Origin: Callorhinchus milii
Lineage: Eukaryota
Direction: 5' to 3'
Length of the DNA: 64,000 nt
Assembly (NCBI RefSeq): GCF_018977255.1
Contig: NW_024704743.1
Coordinates: forward strand, 71,054,001-71,118,000
The notes below the pieces were generated by a model. That model saw only the letters and a list, made by a program, of their open reading frames with translations. It did no database searches and was not told where the DNA came from. This document shows, one piece after another, positions 11,691-24,220 of this stretch (the first letter of the stretch is position 1; every line of letters starts with the position of its first letter). The translations under genes were made by a program, and so were the position numbers.

Positions 11691-13402
11691 ACACAACAAC
11701 AACAACAACTTGGATTTATATAGCACCCTCCACGCCGGACGGCGTCTCAGAGCGCTTATTGACTGTTACACAAATTGACTGTTGTGGTTGATTTTAAATA
11801 CATTACATTTAAGAACAATCACCTGTGAGATATTTCATTCATTATAGATGTGATATCAAATCCAAGGATCATTAGATAATTATATTGTATCGCTTCTGTG
11901 ACAGAGACACAATATATCATACCCAGGACCCCTACTAATCTGAAGTAGCTCTTCGCTGGTCAACACCCTCCTCCCACACACAAAATTGCTGTCACACATT
12001 TATATAAGATTTTTAATCCATACTCAAAAAATACTCAGGCTATGAGATGATCCCTGGGAACCACGTATGCATTGAACCATTGATGAAGAAGTGGGAAAAA
12101 GCCAGAGAATCTGTCTATTCAGGGTCAAGTTATAAAGTAAAGACAAATTTAAAATTCTGCTCCATTCATCTCTTGCAGGTATGTTGCTATTGTGTTTGGG
12201 TGAATGGTATCTTAATCTATATGTCCTGGTCTTGCACCATTCCAGGACCCTACTTAACTCAAGTTCTCAAAGAGGCTAATCTTGATGTTTGCATACCCAG
12301 TGATTTTTCCACTGGGTTTCCATAAAAGGGCAAGTAATAATAACTTATGATTTTCTATTAATGGCTACAATTTGCACACCTTCTGCTGCATACCCTGATA
12401 AAATATGTGGGCTAGATTAATCATGGAGCACTTTCAGAAGTGCAGTGTAGAGGCTTTGCCAAAAGTTTCAATCAAACTAGTCCCTTTTCAATGAAAATAT
12501 ATGCTACTTAATTTCTGCCACACAAATTGTAAATTGGATCATTCTTGTTTCTTTTACAGTTGGTGATCTTTGACTTTCTTGGCATTTGTTACTTGGTCAT
12601 TTGGTATTTTTCAATAGCGGCTTTATTCTCTTAGAAGTTCAGGCCACTGCGTATCTCCTTTGTGAATAAAATCCATAATATTATGCTAGTTCATCTACAA
12701 AAATCCCCTGTATGGAATCCCATTAATTTACTATAAAATTTAATCAAATGGCTAAAATTATTTTTGAAATGACTAAAACCCTGTTCATATACACCGTTAA
12801 ATTATTTGTTTCCATTTTATACAACATTTATTGCAGTCCTTCTGTCCTCCTTGGGGGGGGGGGGGGGGGGTGAGACGGTTTATTCATCTCATGTAATTGG
12901 TAAACTGAAACCCAAGCCAGCCAGTATAGTATTCCATAGTATTCCAGGGCACTATTGATGATTCACTAGCCTCCTTGACTCATTAATGGGACTTTAAGGG
13001 GTCACCTGAAGGACAGCATGCCACTTAGACATCTGAATGAGGAGGGTGGTGTTTTCTGAGTAAACACCAAATAATTTTCCTTTAATATGCGTAAAGTACA
13101 CTCAGCCATTTGCTGTTTACTGTTTGAAAATGGATTGCCCTGTACATGCCAGATTTATCCGCCACTCCTTGACTCACCTCTTTAATTAGCAAGGACAATT
13201 AAATTAATTTTACATCTTTTTTTTCCTGATAAGTACTTGATTTTTTCCATGAAAATCAATTGGTAACAAAAAATCACCTGAAATTATTTTTTAAAACACA
13301 AATTCATGATTTTATTTAGGGGTCCACAATTGTGTGTGTGTGTGTTAAGGGGATGGTATCAAATGTATCCTTTCTTTTGTGTTCATTTCTTCCCTCCGAT
13401 TT

Positions 13403-13850
13403 TCACGGCCTTGCTCCCTCCTACCTCTCCAACCTACTCTCCCCCTACCTACCTGCCCGTACCCTCCGTTCCTCTGGCTCCGGTCTGCTCCACGTCCCCC
13501 GCCCCAACCGCCCTACTATCGGTGGTCGGGCCTTCAGCCCGATGGGAACTCCATCCCCCAGTGCCTTCGCCTTGCTTCCTCCCTTTCCTCCTTCAAGGCC
13601 GGTCTCAAAACCTTTCTCTTTGACCGTGCCTTCAGCTCCCCTCTCGACTCTCTTCCTCCTCCTCGCTCCCTCCCTTCCCTCCCCTCACCCTGACCATTTC
13701 CCCCCTCCTCTCTCCCTCCCTTCCCTCCCCTCACCCTGACCATTTCCCCCCTGCTCGGGTCATGACCCAACTGTGCAGCGCCTTGGGACGTCCTCCTGAC
13801 GTGAAAGGCGCTCTATAAGTGGAATCTTGTTGTTGTTGTTGTTGTTGTTT
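13403..13850 (+). mobile_element. Young L2 subfamily 3' end with (TTG)n tail
   Basis: Encodes HGLAPSYLSNLLSPYLPARTLRSSGSGLL...SFKAGLKTFLFDRAF, retains CpGs, and has an intact 3' hairpin and (TTG)n tail. Contains an internal ~45 bp tandem duplication at ~13665-13752. Confidence 0.92.
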
Positions 13851-15024
13851 CTCATGTTTCATGACATAAAGGGAGACCTAAAAAAAACTAGATTTTTATT
13901 TCAGTGCCTTGGGATGTCTTCCCGACGTGAAAGGCGCTTTACAAATGTAATTTTGTTGTTGTTGTTTTGTGAATAAAAATAAACTTTAAAGGTCCCTATG
14001 AATTGGTCATGATATTGTTGTGTTCTGCTTCTGGCTGGCCAGACAGCTTGGTATCATTAGCAAACATAACTTGAGATGTTTTTCATTTGGCAAGTTCCAG
14101 GTTAATACAACTTATTACAATATTGCAAAAAATTGTCTCCTCCAAAGCATTACAAATAATGTTGAACCTGAGGATCCAGAATGCCACTGCTCACTGCCCT
14201 CTAGATGGAGCTTTTTCTATTCCTCATCACCTTCTACTTATTCCAACAGCGCTTTTCATTCCAACTATCTAATTCACCATTAATTCCATGAGCTTTTTAA
14301 AGTCTCATAGAGGGACCTTCATTAAGTGGCTTCTGAAAGTACCAGTAAATTCTATTTACTGGATACTCCTAATCCACTTGTCTAGATACTTAAAAGAATT
14401 TCAGTAGATTTATCAGACTTGACCTATTGATTCTAATCCAATGATGAGAACTCCTTATACAGTACCACATTGACAGTAATCCTACTATAAGGTTCACAAG
14501 CATTTTCCGCGCTGCAGATAATTTTCAGACTCGTGTCTCATTCCTTTTCTATTCTCCTGGCCTCAGGTTCTGTTGCAGTTTACAATATTTCCTTTTCCAT
14601 TTGCTTGTATCCTACAGTGTATCCATCTGCTCTTTTTTGCCTTGTAGATATTCAATTATTTATAAGTTTCTTATAAATAACACATACTTTACTGATATCT
14701 ATGTATGTTAAACAGTTCAGAGTTAGCTACATTTTGATGCTCCCAAGCATCAAAGCCTAACCTGTACCTAATACTCTCTGGATTTAGGTAAGCGGGGTGC
14801 ATTCCTCCAGTTCAGAGAGTGCATTCCAGAAACCATTCCATTCCAGAAACATGGAAATTCCACATACGTGGAACTCTCAGTCTGGTTTGGATGCTCTTAT
14901 GCAGAGTAATGGGTTTCTGCATGGGTGACCNAAAAAAAGGTTTACAAATATATATTACTTAAGTGCTGGTGTCTTGTCCCACTGGAACACCAGGTTATCT
15001 TTCTCTTCTTGATGCTTATTGATG

Positions 15025-15220
15025 CCGGTCACAAGACCTTTCTCTTTGACCGTGCCTTCAGCTCCCCTCTCGACTCTCTACCCCTTCCTCGCTCCCTCCC
15101 TTCCCTCCCCTCACCCTGACCATTTCCCCCCTGCTCGGGTCCTGACCCAACTGTGCAGCGCCTTGGGATGTCCTCCCGACGTGAAAGGCGCTCTATAAAT
15201 GGAATCTTGTTGTTGTTGTA
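15025..15220 (+). mobile_element. Young L2 subfamily, short 3' end
   Basis: Near-identical to 13600-13840 and to the reverse complement of 43722-43885. Confidence 0.9.
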
Positions 15221-15860
15221 TTGACCTACTGGGCATTTCTAATAAATCTCTATTTTATAAATTTCACATTTCCAACATTTGCAGTTCTTCCTTTTTAATA
15301 ATTGTGACCTATTCGACTTTGGTCAATAAGAAAAAAAATATCTTTCTACTTAATTCTAGTAGGGACAGGGGCAACAAGCCTACTTCTGCATTTCGTCATT
15401 TTCCTTATTGCAAAGAATAAGGACAGTCTGACAAAATTTGACATTGCGCTTTTCATGACAGGAGGGCATCTCAAAGCACTTCACAAGAATTCTGTAAAGT
15501 GCAGTGACTGTGTATTTTGCAGTTAAGACAGCAAATTTGCACACATATGCACACACCAATGGCCCCCCACGCCCCCAACATCCCTGAAATGAAATGCTCA
15601 ATTGCATCTGCGAGATTGTGGTCAGGGCATCGGCAGAAACTCCCTCGTCTCACAATGTCGAAATTGTGTCTCAGTTGGTGCATTGACCTGAGAAGTGAAT
15701 GTGCAGCTAACTGAACGACCGTGGTGAAAGGCACACAGGAATTCCTAGATGAAAAAAAATAATCCTTGCATTTGATATAATACCTTTTCACCTTTTGAGA
15801 CGCCTTCAAAGTGCAAAACCAAGGTCCATCCAGTTCGCCTTCTACCATCCTTGTTTTCAC

Positions 15861-16175
15861 AATAATAATCCTTGCATTTGATACAGCGCTTTTCACATCG
15901 GGAGGAACGTCCCAAAGCGCTTCACAGAACACACTGTAAAGTGAATTGACTGTATATTTGTGGGCGAACGCGGCAGCCAATTGCGCACAGCAATGTCCCA
16001 CAAACAGTCGTAGATTGAAAATGACCAATTTATTATTGTTTTTGTTTTGGAGGGATTATTATTAGGCTCTGTGTGGAGTAAGGAAACTTGCCCAAGGTTT
16101 CGCCCTCTGCCTGGAATTGAACTCAGGTCTCTCGCTTGCAAAGCGAGTGCTCTAACCACTGAGCTACAGGACTCC
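15861..16175 (-). mobile_element. tRNA-derived SINE, short young form, ~530 bp upstream of the CTNNAL1 ATG
   Basis: Near-identical to 7805-8137, with A box and B box-like GAGTTCAATTCC on the minus strand. Confidence 0.93.
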
Positions 16176-16239
16176 AGACAACAATAATGGAGGTGTTGAT
16201 GGCAATATAAGATAAGTGATGAGATAACTAACTTCAGGT

Positions 16240-16704
16240 ACTCTCTCTCTCTCTCTCACACACCCACACGCGCGATGCCAAGTTCCTCAGGACCGCAGTC
16301 GGTCCTCTGATGGCCGAACTCGGGCTATTTGCAGCGGTGGAAGAAATGGGAAGTGAATCGACCTTTTTGTTTTTTTTAAAAAAAATAGAAAAGCAAAACG
16401 TACATAACGTGGCGGAGGCAGTAGTAGGAGCCCCGGACCTGAGCAGTGCACGTGCTTCACACCCCTCCTCTCCCCTCCCCTCCCCTCCCGCCCTCTCCCG
16501 CAAACCCTCTCCTGCAAAGCACCTCGTCTCCAGGGCGCCAGAGCCCCTCCTACAGCCGGAAAGAGAAGCGGCTCCTGACTCCCCTCCCGCCTCTCAGCCA
16601 CTGCCAGTCTCCGGCAGAGAGAGGAGAGGAGAGGAGCGGAGGGACCCGCACCACACCAGCCCCGCACCGCACCGCGCACCCCGGACCGGGCACCGCACCG
16701 CGAC
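16240..16704 (+). promoter_or_regulatory. GC/CpG-rich promoter and 5' UTR region of CTNNAL1
   Basis: The clearest CpG-dense non-repeat stretch in an AT-rich window, directly upstream of the ATG. Contains a palindromic E-box GCACGTGC (16448-16455), a GC box CCCGCCC (16487-16493) and GCACC repeats before the ATG. The TSS cannot be determined from sequence. Confidence 0.7.
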
Positions 16705-16791
16705 ATGGCTTCTTCACACTGCACCAGCGACTCCGGACTGGAGATCAAAACCAGATCAGTGGAGCAGACCCTCATCCCTCTGGTCACCCAG
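16705..16791 (+). CDS. CTNNAL1: Alpha-catulin (catenin alpha-like 1), first coding exon (29 codons, phase-0 intron follows)
   Basis: Translates MASSHCTSDSGLEIKTRSVEQTLIPLVTQ, matching the recalled alpha-catulin N-terminal motif DSGLEIKTRSVEQTL(L/I)PLV(S/T)Q; alpha-catenins instead read roughly SLEIRTLxVERLLEPLVTQ. The ATG has a strong Kozak context (gacATGG). The exon ends at CAG|GTAGGT with GT at 16792-16793, the same position where I recall the mammalian exon 1 ending. Confidence 0.93.
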
Positions 16792-16802
16792 GTAGGTCTG
16801 AG

Positions 16803-18490
16803 CACACAGGGAGAGAGTGGGGGGGCACACAGAGAGAGAGAGAGTGGGGGGGCACAGAGAGAGAGAGAGAGAGTGGGGGGGCACAGAGAGAGAGAGGGGG
16901 GGGGGCACAGAGAGAGAGTGGGGGGGCACAGAGAGAGAGAGTGGGGGGGCACAGAGAGAGAGTGGGGGGGCACAGAGAGAGAGAGTGGGGGGCACAGAGA
17001 GAGAGTGGGGGGGGCACAGAGAGAGAGTGGGGGGGGGCACAGAGAGAGAGTGGGGGGGGCACAGAGAGAGAGTGGGGGGCACAGAGGAGAGAGTGGGGGG
17101 CACAGGAGAGAGAGTGGGGGGCACAGAGAGAGAGAGTGGGGGGCACAGAGAGAGAGTGGGGGGGCACAGAGAGAGAGAGTGGGGGGGCACAGAGAGAGAG
17201 AGTGGGGGGCACAGAGAGAGAGTGGGGGGGGCACAGAGAGAGAGTGGGGGGGGCACAGAGAGAGAGAGTGGGGGGGCACAGAGGGAGAGAGTGGGGGGGG
17301 CACAGAGGGAGAGAGAGGGGGGGGCACAGAGAGAGAGAGAGGGGGGGCACAGAGAGAGAGAGTGGGGGGCACAGAGGGAGAGGGGCACAGAGAGAGAGAG
17401 TGGGGGGCACAGAGAGAGAGAGTGGGGGGCACAGAGAGAGAGAGAGTGGGGGGCACAGAGAGAGAGAGAGTGGGGGGGCACAGAGAGAGAGAGTGGGGGG
17501 GCACAGAGAGAGAGAGTGGGGGGGCACAGAGAGAGAGAGTGGGGGGCACAGAGAGAGAGAGTGGGGGGGCACAGAGAGAGAGAGTGGGGGGCACAGAGAG
17601 AGAGAGTGGGGGGCACAGAGAGAGAGAGTGGGGGGGCACAGAGAGAGAGAGAGTGGGAGACACAGAGAGAGAGAGTGCGAGACACAGAGAGAGAGAGTGC
17701 GAGACACAGAGAGAGAGAGTGGGGGGCACAGAGAGAGAGAGTGGGGGGCACAGAGAGAGAGAGTGGGGGGCACAGAGAGAGAGAGTGGGGGGCACAGAGA
17801 GAGAGGAGTGGGGGGCACAGAGAGAGAGAGTGGGGGGGCACAGAGAGAGAGAGTGGGGGGGCACAGAGAGAGAGAGAGAGAGAGAGAGTTGGGGGGCACA
17901 GAGAGAGAGAGAGAGAGAGAGTGGGGCAGAGAGAGAGAGAGATAGAGAGTGGGGGGACTGAGAGAGAGAGAGTGGGGCAGAGAGAGAGAGTGGGGCAGAG
18001 AGAGAGTGGGGGGCACAGAGAGAGAGAGTGGGGGGGGCACAGAGAGAGAGTGTGTGGAGGGGGATACAGAGAGAGAGTGTGTGGAGGGGGGTACAGAGAG
18101 AGAGTGTGTGGAGGGGGTACAGAGAGAGAGTGTGTGGAGGGGGTACAGAGAGAGAGTGTGTGGAGGGGGTACAGAGAGAGAGTGTGTGGAGGGGGTACAG
18201 AGAGAGAGAGAGAGAGAGTGTGTGGAGGGGGGTACAGAGAGAGTGTGTGGAGGGGGGTACAGAGAGAGAGAGAGTGTGGAGGGGGTACAGAGAGAGAGTG
18301 TGTGTGGAGGGGGTACAGAGAGAGAGAGAGTGTGGAGGGGGTACAGAGAGAGAGAGAGAGTGTGGAGGGGGTACAGAGAGAGAGAGAGTGTGGAGGGGGT
18401 ACAGAGAGAGAGTGTGTGTGGAGGGGGTACAGAGAGAGAGAGAGTGTGGAGGGGGTACAGAGAGAGAGAGAGAGTGTGGAGGGGGTACAG
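16803..18490 (+). repeat. Compound purine-rich minisatellite: T-G(5-9)-CACA-(GA)n units, switching near 18050 to (GT)n-GGAGGGGG-TACA-(GA)n units
   Basis: Directly visible tandem units of about 20-26 bp with variable G-run and GA-run lengths. Confidence 0.97.
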
Positions 18491-18794
18491 CTCTGCACAC
18501 TGACCAGCTGCCAGGGGCCGCACCAGACCTGCCAGCACCTGCCCCCCCCCCCCCCCCCCGGGACTGAGTGGGGAAGAAGGAGGGGTGTGAGAGGGGGATA
18601 AGAGTGGTGCATTCCTGTCTAGAAGCCCCCCCCCCCCCCCCCCCCCCGGGCTGGGCTGCTACTCGCTTTGGAGATCCCGTCTCCAGGAGGAGAGGAATGT
18701 GCCACCGTTTCATCCACACAGTCAGTCCCCACTCTGACAGCACTGCAGCCACCCCAGAGTGTGTGTGTGTGTGTGGGGGGGGGGGGTACTGTCT

Positions 18795-19092
18795 CCTAGA
18801 GAGAGGGGGGGAGTGTGAGAAACAGCCACATAGAGAGAGAGAGGGGGGGGGGAAGGAGGGGGAAGAAGAGCCAGGGAGAGAGAAATAGCCACAGAGAGGG
18901 AGAGAGAAAGTCAGAGAGAGAGATAGAGAGAGAGAGAGAGAAATAGACACAGAGAGAGAGAGAAAGTCAGAGAGAAAAAATCAGAGAGAGAGAAAAAAAT
19001 CAGAGAGAGAGAAAAAGTCAGAGAGAGAGAGACAGACAGCCACACCGAGAGAGAGATACAAATGTAATCTTGTTGTTGTTGTTGTTGTTGTA
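18795..19092 (+). repeat. Degenerate (GA)n-rich simple repeat ending in (TTG)n
   Basis: Visible GA runs interrupted by AAAGTCA/AAAATCA, followed by ttgttgttg. Confidence 0.85.
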
Positions 19093-19877
19093 GTCGGTGT
19101 TTCATTTACTGTGAACTTTTACGATAAAGCAGTGGTTCTCCCATCGGAGATAAAGGACATTTCAATTCTCTGTTAAGCTCTAAACCTGTCAGAGCTTTCC
19201 GCACTCTCAGCGTTTACATCTGAAGTTTAAATTGTACAATGTGGAGATCTTTAAGGATTAGAGTAAAGATTACTCCCTCCTTTTTTCCTTTGCCTGTCGA
19301 TCTGTTGGGACCTATTGAGCTGTAAAATTGCCAAGGACAACTTTTAAAAGGGACACTGTACTTGTAACATTTTATAGCTCTTTTGACTGTTCCTGTCCCA
19401 GCAGGTGACTAAAAAGGCAAATCAGTGACTAAAATGCTCTTTGTTTGCAAACTAAGCCTTTTGTTCGATCTTGTTTTCCCATTTGCACGTGCATTTGAAC
19501 AAATTTATTTGTTGGGAGTCATTCAATAATCAGAAAATGATATCGGGTCGGATCATTGAGGCACAATCTTGGATCTGTCAAATTTTGACTTTTCCGGAAA
19601 TTAAGATCAATGATGTTTGCGCTTTTGAAATCTGCTGATAAATAACTTGTAATTTGCTATTAATCTGTGACATTTACAGCGGTGATTGGGTTAGTTGAAA
19701 TGCATTCCTTTAGATACACTGTTGCCTTAAGTACCAGAGAAAGTAAGAGCCTGAGGGAAAAGAGTTCATGACATTTTAAATGTTTGTAAACACTGTGCTA
19801 CGCTAGCCACATACTGTGTTTAAAGGACTTTGGGGGGGGGGGGGGGGAGTATATTACGTTTGTAAAAGGGGTTATTT

Positions 19878-20310
19878 GGACTGCTGTAGCATACAGATTA
19901 GAGCACTCGCTTCGCAAGCGAGAGGACCCAGTTTTGATTCCTGGGTGGGACGAAATGTTGGGCAAGTTTCTTACTCCACACACCTCTGTTTACCTAGCAG
20001 TAAGTAGGAGCTCAGTTGTTAGTCAATTGGCGGATCGCTTTACTGGGATAATAATCCTTTCAAAAAAATAATAAATTGGTCACTTCAATCCACGACTTTG
20101 TGGGGCACTGCTGTGCACAATTGGCTGCCTTGTTTCTCCCACAGAATGTACAGTCAATTCACCTACAATATTCTGTGAAGGGCTTTGAGAAGTCACGCAG
20201 ACGTGATAAGACGCCATATCAAATGCAAGGATTATTATTAACAATAATAATAAACGCTTTGAGACGTTTCAACGGCGTGATAAGTTTCTTTATCAAATGC
20301 AAGGATTACT
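19878..20310 (+). mobile_element. tRNA-derived SINE, long form, followed by a second tail copy (~20252-20310)
   Basis: Head ttagagcactcgcttcgcaagcgag, central gtttacctagcagtaagtagg, and the tail atcaaatgcaaggatta present twice. Confidence 0.88.
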
Positions 20311-23300
20311 ATATAGTATTTGTGGAAAGAAAAATATTTTAAAAATTCCATGTGGAAAGTAAAGTGCACACTGGTGCAATTCATGTGAATCTGGCTGGTA
20401 ATTTGTAGAAAGCTGATTTTGCAAGTAATTGTTTGTGGAGAAATTCTCCGATTCTGTACTGATTTCCAGATGAAGCATTTATCAGGGGAGGGGCATATAC
20501 TTTATGCATACATAGATTTCCAATGTGTTTGGGTTGATTTCAAGTTCCTCACTCTTGCATATATACCTTGCCCCTTTATCTGTTTATCTATCTCTAAATC
20601 CCACCTTAAAACCTATCTCTTCAACCATGCCTGTGGCCATCTCCCCCTACTCCCTTGCTTGGCATCCAACTCTGCCACTGTAAAGCACTCCAAAATGTCC
20701 CATGTAAAGGGTGTTATATAAATGCAAGTTGTGTTGTTCTAAGTGTGTATAATTAGGCCATTCCAACGGGTGGGGGAGGTCATGAGTGGTTATGCATTTG
20801 GTGTTTTTTTTAATTATAGTTTAGGTAAATATGTAAGTGCAGAATTAGTACAGTAGTAGATTTGTCTACTCACAATTGATATTTGGTGTGATCACTCATA
20901 ATACTTTGCAGCGTGGACTATTTCAACACTACTATTTTTGAGGAAATATTGTGCTAGGCCTCCTCCCTCCCAGTTTTGCTTTAATAACCAATGATGTCTA
21001 TTTAGGTTGGCCTGACACACAATAACTAGACTTGTCTTGTTTCTTTTGTAATTCAAAACTGAAGTTGAGTTCCTGATGCCTGAAGTTTTGTTTAACACTG
21101 ATACTGGAGCAGCTTCAATGTGATTGACTTTGGGCACCAGTAAGATACAATTTGCTGCTGCAGGACAACTCTGTAAGCTGCAGAGAGGAACAGTCAGCCG
21201 AGGCAGTAAGATTTGTGTTGTGATGTGTTTGTGCATATCATGGGGTTGAGAATGATGGACAGATGCCAGTGTTGCCTGGAAGCATTGTCATGAATTCTTT
21301 TCGTGCATTGTGTTTGGACCACAATAACACTGCCAGCAGTTCCTGGAGTGAATCTTGTCACGGTTTTATACCAGACTGTCAATGTGTCTGGCTGAGATTT
21401 GAAGTGCTTTTTGTACAGGCAACAAACGGGAGCATATATTTACATCAGGGCTGTTACCATGCTACACTTTGCTTTTTGGCAATAGCACAGTAACATTGCA
21501 AATTAAGAGCATGCTGTTTGTTCATTAGTGCCATTAAGTTCCTGTACCTCATTAACAGAAAATTGCTACCTGAAGTTCAAAATCAGTTCACTTTTAATAT
21601 GAACTGAAATGAATTATCTTGCTTTTCACTTCTTTCCCCCCCAGAAAAACTACAGAACCCACACCCACTCAAAACCACAGGATCTGCAGCTTTCACCCTG
21701 AAACCGCACTCCTGCTGCTCCAATGTGGTTGCAGCAGAATGCAGAGAACAAAGTGATAGAAAGTGTTCTAAGTGAGTGTTGAAGGGGGTTTATATTCATG
21801 TGGTAGCCAATATAGCTGTTGAATATTGATCTCAAAGGGATCTAATCTGATTTTAAATCTGTGCTACACTGCAGTCATTCCAGAATAAAGTCTTCAGCGT
21901 AAACTGGTGCACTTGAGAAAATGTGCTCTGCAACACAAGAATCTCTTGATAAAGAGAAGTACTGTAATTTAATGACTGCAACTTGTGCCAAAATCTTGAG
22001 CATACTCTGCAAAAAGGATAAATATCTCAGCTTGATGCGATTTTTCTTGGTTAAGTTGTAACTACTGGCCTATTTACTCATACGTGGATTCTCAGATTTT
22101 AGGGTTCCACCAAAACAAATTTATAATGCAGCTTAGTGAACAAATAGGATCATGCACCCACTGTGATTACACGGACTTGGTGACTTTCAACTTTTATGAA
22201 CATCCTGATTCAAAATGGGATTTGAAATACACTTTGCTGTAGAACACATGAAGGTCCAATCCAGAAGTTTGGATTTGCTTTATGGTTTTTGAAATTTAAA
22301 ATGGTCGCTGGCATTTTCACACAGACCACCATTGTTTCATCCACAATAATTACACAAAATCACACCAATTGTAACTTTTAGTTGTTCAGATTTCTGAAGG
22401 GTGCTGCGATTAAACATTCTGTAGCATTTGAGATGTATGACTGGGCTGTCAATTATCTATCGTATAATTGGAATAGCATTAACAATATGATGTCTCACTC
22501 ACCACCTCTTCTGTTTAGAGTCCTGTCCCTTATGCAGAAAGACACAGGTTCTCAGGACCAAGAAGGGCATGGTTGTGAGACATCTGTCCATATTTCACTT
22601 CCTGCCTTGCCTCCTTCAAGGCACGCCTCAAGACCCTCCTCTTTGACCATGCCATCGGCCACCCTTCTACCTTTTCTGCGCTCCACCCTCCCTGATCTCA
22701 ACCCCCCCACCACCCACCCCCCCAGTTCGGGTCCTAATCCCTGACTGTTCCACCCATTCGATGTCCTCCTGACATGAAAGACTCTTTACAAGAGTAATTT
22801 TGTATTGTATTCGTCAGTTTTGTGATGATTTGCTTTGGGATTTATCAAACCATACAAAAAGATCTATTGGGGGCTATAATAAAAGTAATCCTTGCATTTG
22901 GTATAGGACGTCTCAAAGCCTTGAAAGGATTTTACTGTTAAGTTCTCCTGATGACACAGCTGGTAAAGTCATTGCTTAGTGTGAGACTGAGCATTTTGGA
23001 CTACTGGAGGGGCTTAGCTTTGGGATACCACATTTGGCCTCAGAATCCCACTGTTAGTCAGGCTTGCTGGATTCAAATGAATATTCATTCCTATCTTAGG
23101 GTTAGGTCAATTCACTTTACAGCATATTCTGTGAAGCGCTTTGAGACGTCTAGAAGACATGAAAAGCGCTATATCAAATGCAAGGATTATTATTATAATT
23201 ATCTCCTACTTAAGCGCTCTGAGACGCTACCTCGTGTGAAGGGGGCAATAGATATGAAAGCTGTTGCGCTTTCCTGATTTCAAGGTAGGTCTTTTTTGGA

Positions 23301-23849
23301 CCATGATGAGGGCGAGTTTTAGGCTTGGTCATTCTGAACTTGAAATGAGTGACTGATAACCTTATGGGGAAAAAACTTGGTGCTAACTCTTGAAAGGGCC
23401 ATGTGTTCTCTGATTCTTAACTCGTAAACTGTTATAAAGTTCATCTACAGAATGGCAGTAAAAGTATCAGCCAACTGGAGATTGTTTACATTTTACTAAA
23501 TTGCTAAATGAACCAGCAGATGAGGTTTTCTCTTTTAATTTATGAACTCAGTTGTAATATTCTTTACGATCCAGACAAAAGTAAATATAGGCTGCATTCT
23601 CAGCACCAGCGGTTGTTCAGTGAAGTAGGTATCCTTTAATAGAGCTGAAATTCACGCAATGTTTTGCTGAAAGTGACCCTCAGTAAACACATGCTTTGCT
23701 AAATGCTTTTGGTGTCAATATTGTATAATTTCCAAATAGTTTAACCTATTCAACATGGGAGCTGTCTAATTTTCAGGACATTGAATGCTCTATGGGCAAA
23801 ATTCTACCCCCAGTTCCAAATTGAATGACTGATGATGATGATGATGATG

Positions 23850-24220
23850 ATAATAATAATAATTGTTGATTTGATATAATGCCTTATCACGTCAACAAAA
23901 TGTTACAAGCTGTTTCACAGGATTTTAAAGTGTTGCGTCTGTATCTGTAGGCAAATGTAGCGGACAATTTGTACACAGCAATCCCCACAAACTGCCAGGA
24001 GGTGAATGATCCATTTTTTTATATGGAAGATTGGGAGAAATTCCTTTTTTTTTAAAGTATCCTGGGATCTTTAATCCCCATCTGGATAGACCAGGGGGAT
24101 CTCATTTTAAGGTCTAATTCCCCATCAAAGAATTTGAGTATCTATGAGCTCAAAATCCTGATGTGAGCTTGAACCTCCAACCTTCTGACTCAGGAAAGAA
24201 TGCTGACAACTGAGCTAGAA
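23850..24220 (-). mobile_element. Deu-domain SINE, degenerate, with (GAT)n(AAT)n at its tail
   Basis: Contains gggatctttaatcc...cttgaacctccaaccttctgactcagg...caactgagc, the reverse complement of the head and Deu region. Confidence 0.7.

Noticed and set aside
16310..16795. 161-aa ORF overlapping exon 1 in another frame (possible uORF)
   Set aside because: Stop-poor GC-rich promoter sequence with no recognisable protein. Its stop lies inside the intron donor, and its ATG is probably upstream of the TSS.
16287..18950. Long overlapping ORFs (887, 618, 594, 584, 499 and 418 aa) on both strands
   Set aside because: They are translations of the stop-free minisatellite (SLSL/ERER/GG repeats). Only the first 29 codons of 16705..17961 are real, and they end at a splice donor.
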